From Mobula hypostoma (Eukaryota), in NCBI RefSeq assembly GCF_963921235.1, contig NC_086108.1, positions 69,008,001 to 69,072,000 on the forward strand: a DNA stretch of 64,000 nt, given 5' to 3'. Numbering within the stretch: the stretch's first letter is position 1; each line of letters starts with the position of its first letter. The notes under the pieces were generated by a model, which saw only the letters and a program-made list of their open reading frames with translations, did not search any database and was not told where the DNA came from. This document shows, piece by piece, positions 63,013 through 64,000 of the stretch. The position numbers and the translations under genes are program-made.

Positions 63013-64000
63013 AATACACACACACACACATATATATATACCCAAATTGGGAATCTTCAAAGTTTGTTTAGTATGGGTGCTCAATGAAAAGGAAGCTGTT
63101 CTGCAAAGGGCCATACAAAATTCATTGTGGAACTGCTATTTACTACTAAAATTAAAATTATTTAGTAGCAGTTCCCATTTATAATGATAGTTATGAAACC
63201 TTTTTCTCCCTTTTAGTTTAGAATTAGCACCAAGTATGCTAAAACATCCAAGACCATAAACATTGCCTCCACAGAAACGGAGCTTTGCCTGAACCCAGCT
63301 GCTATCTATTTCTGGGCAATCCTTTAGGATCTGAGGATGGCTTACTTCCACTCTAGTTTGGTTGTTATGAAATGGCTAGTGAGGCCAATGTGGGAATCAA
63401 TGATCCCTCACAAATGGGGCAGGGTGGGCAGTTAAGAACTCTGTGAGACTCTTTGTTCCTTTTGTCACTTAAACGTCACTTTTGTGCCCACTGGTGCATG
63501 GCCCTGCAGTTCTTGACACTATCCCAAATGTTCCTTCTCCATTTGGAGCAGTTACAGGCCAGAGGTTCCTAGGAGTCAATGAGTTTGTTACACTGTACAA
63601 AGAAGAGTTGAGCAAATTTGAGCCTACTTCTCAACCTTCCAGCAATATCCTACCATAACAGATAATGAAATAGAGCACATGCTTCGGAATCTATACCTTC
63701 TCATTAATGAGTTAAAGATATTGCTCAGCACTTTATTCATTACATATGGCAATGGTACCATGCAATTAATTTACTGTATCAGCTGTAGCTCCATAATATT
63801 TATAAGCAACGAGGTTCAGGAACATTGCTGAAGGAAATGGGAGCTGGAAAGGGAATATGTGACAGTGGTGGAATGGGGAGTGGGAGGGAAGTCAAGGGGC
63901 AAGTCAAGCTAAGCTGAACAAGGTTAAAATACTATAAAACTTCTTTTAAGTATAATGTATGCACTCCTCTGATAGGTGAACTTCATAATCAGTATCTAAG

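Noticed and set aside
29560..64000. CDKN2C, the divergent neighbour of FAF1 in mammals
   Set aside because: I found no ankyrin-repeat or p18-like coding sequence in the ORF track or by eye. It may lie beyond the window, and a short exon could have been missed.

Overview
Eukaryotic, repeat-dense vertebrate DNA; the repeat families are most consistent with a cartilaginous fish such as a ray or shark (inference). The only host gene I can support is the 5' end of FAF1 on the minus strand: coding exon 1 at 29147-29188 (MAAMDREMILADFQ) in a CpG-rich promoter, and exon 2 at 19090-19158 (ACTGIENIDEAITLLEQNNWDLV). Further exons presumably lie left of the window. Most of the rest is nested transposable elements: CR1, Rex1/Babar, RTE, L1 and R4-type LINE fragments, Penelope-derived elements, two solo LTRs, MITEs, a tRNA-headed SINE, and one full-length but mutated Gypsy LTR retrotransposon (54372-58808). 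The most interesting signals are: (1) short TSD-flanked, partly fold-back Penelope-derived elements carrying minimal hammerhead-ribozyme cores; (2) a Gypsy element with no tRNA-type PBS, whose post-LTR sequence is a perfect 15-nt complement of the LTR poly(A)-signal region, and whose RT has YLDN; (3) a MITE with a 6-bp TSD and a duplicated right end; (4) a five-element nested stack that can be reconstructed from its junctions. All family names come from motif recognition, not database searches.
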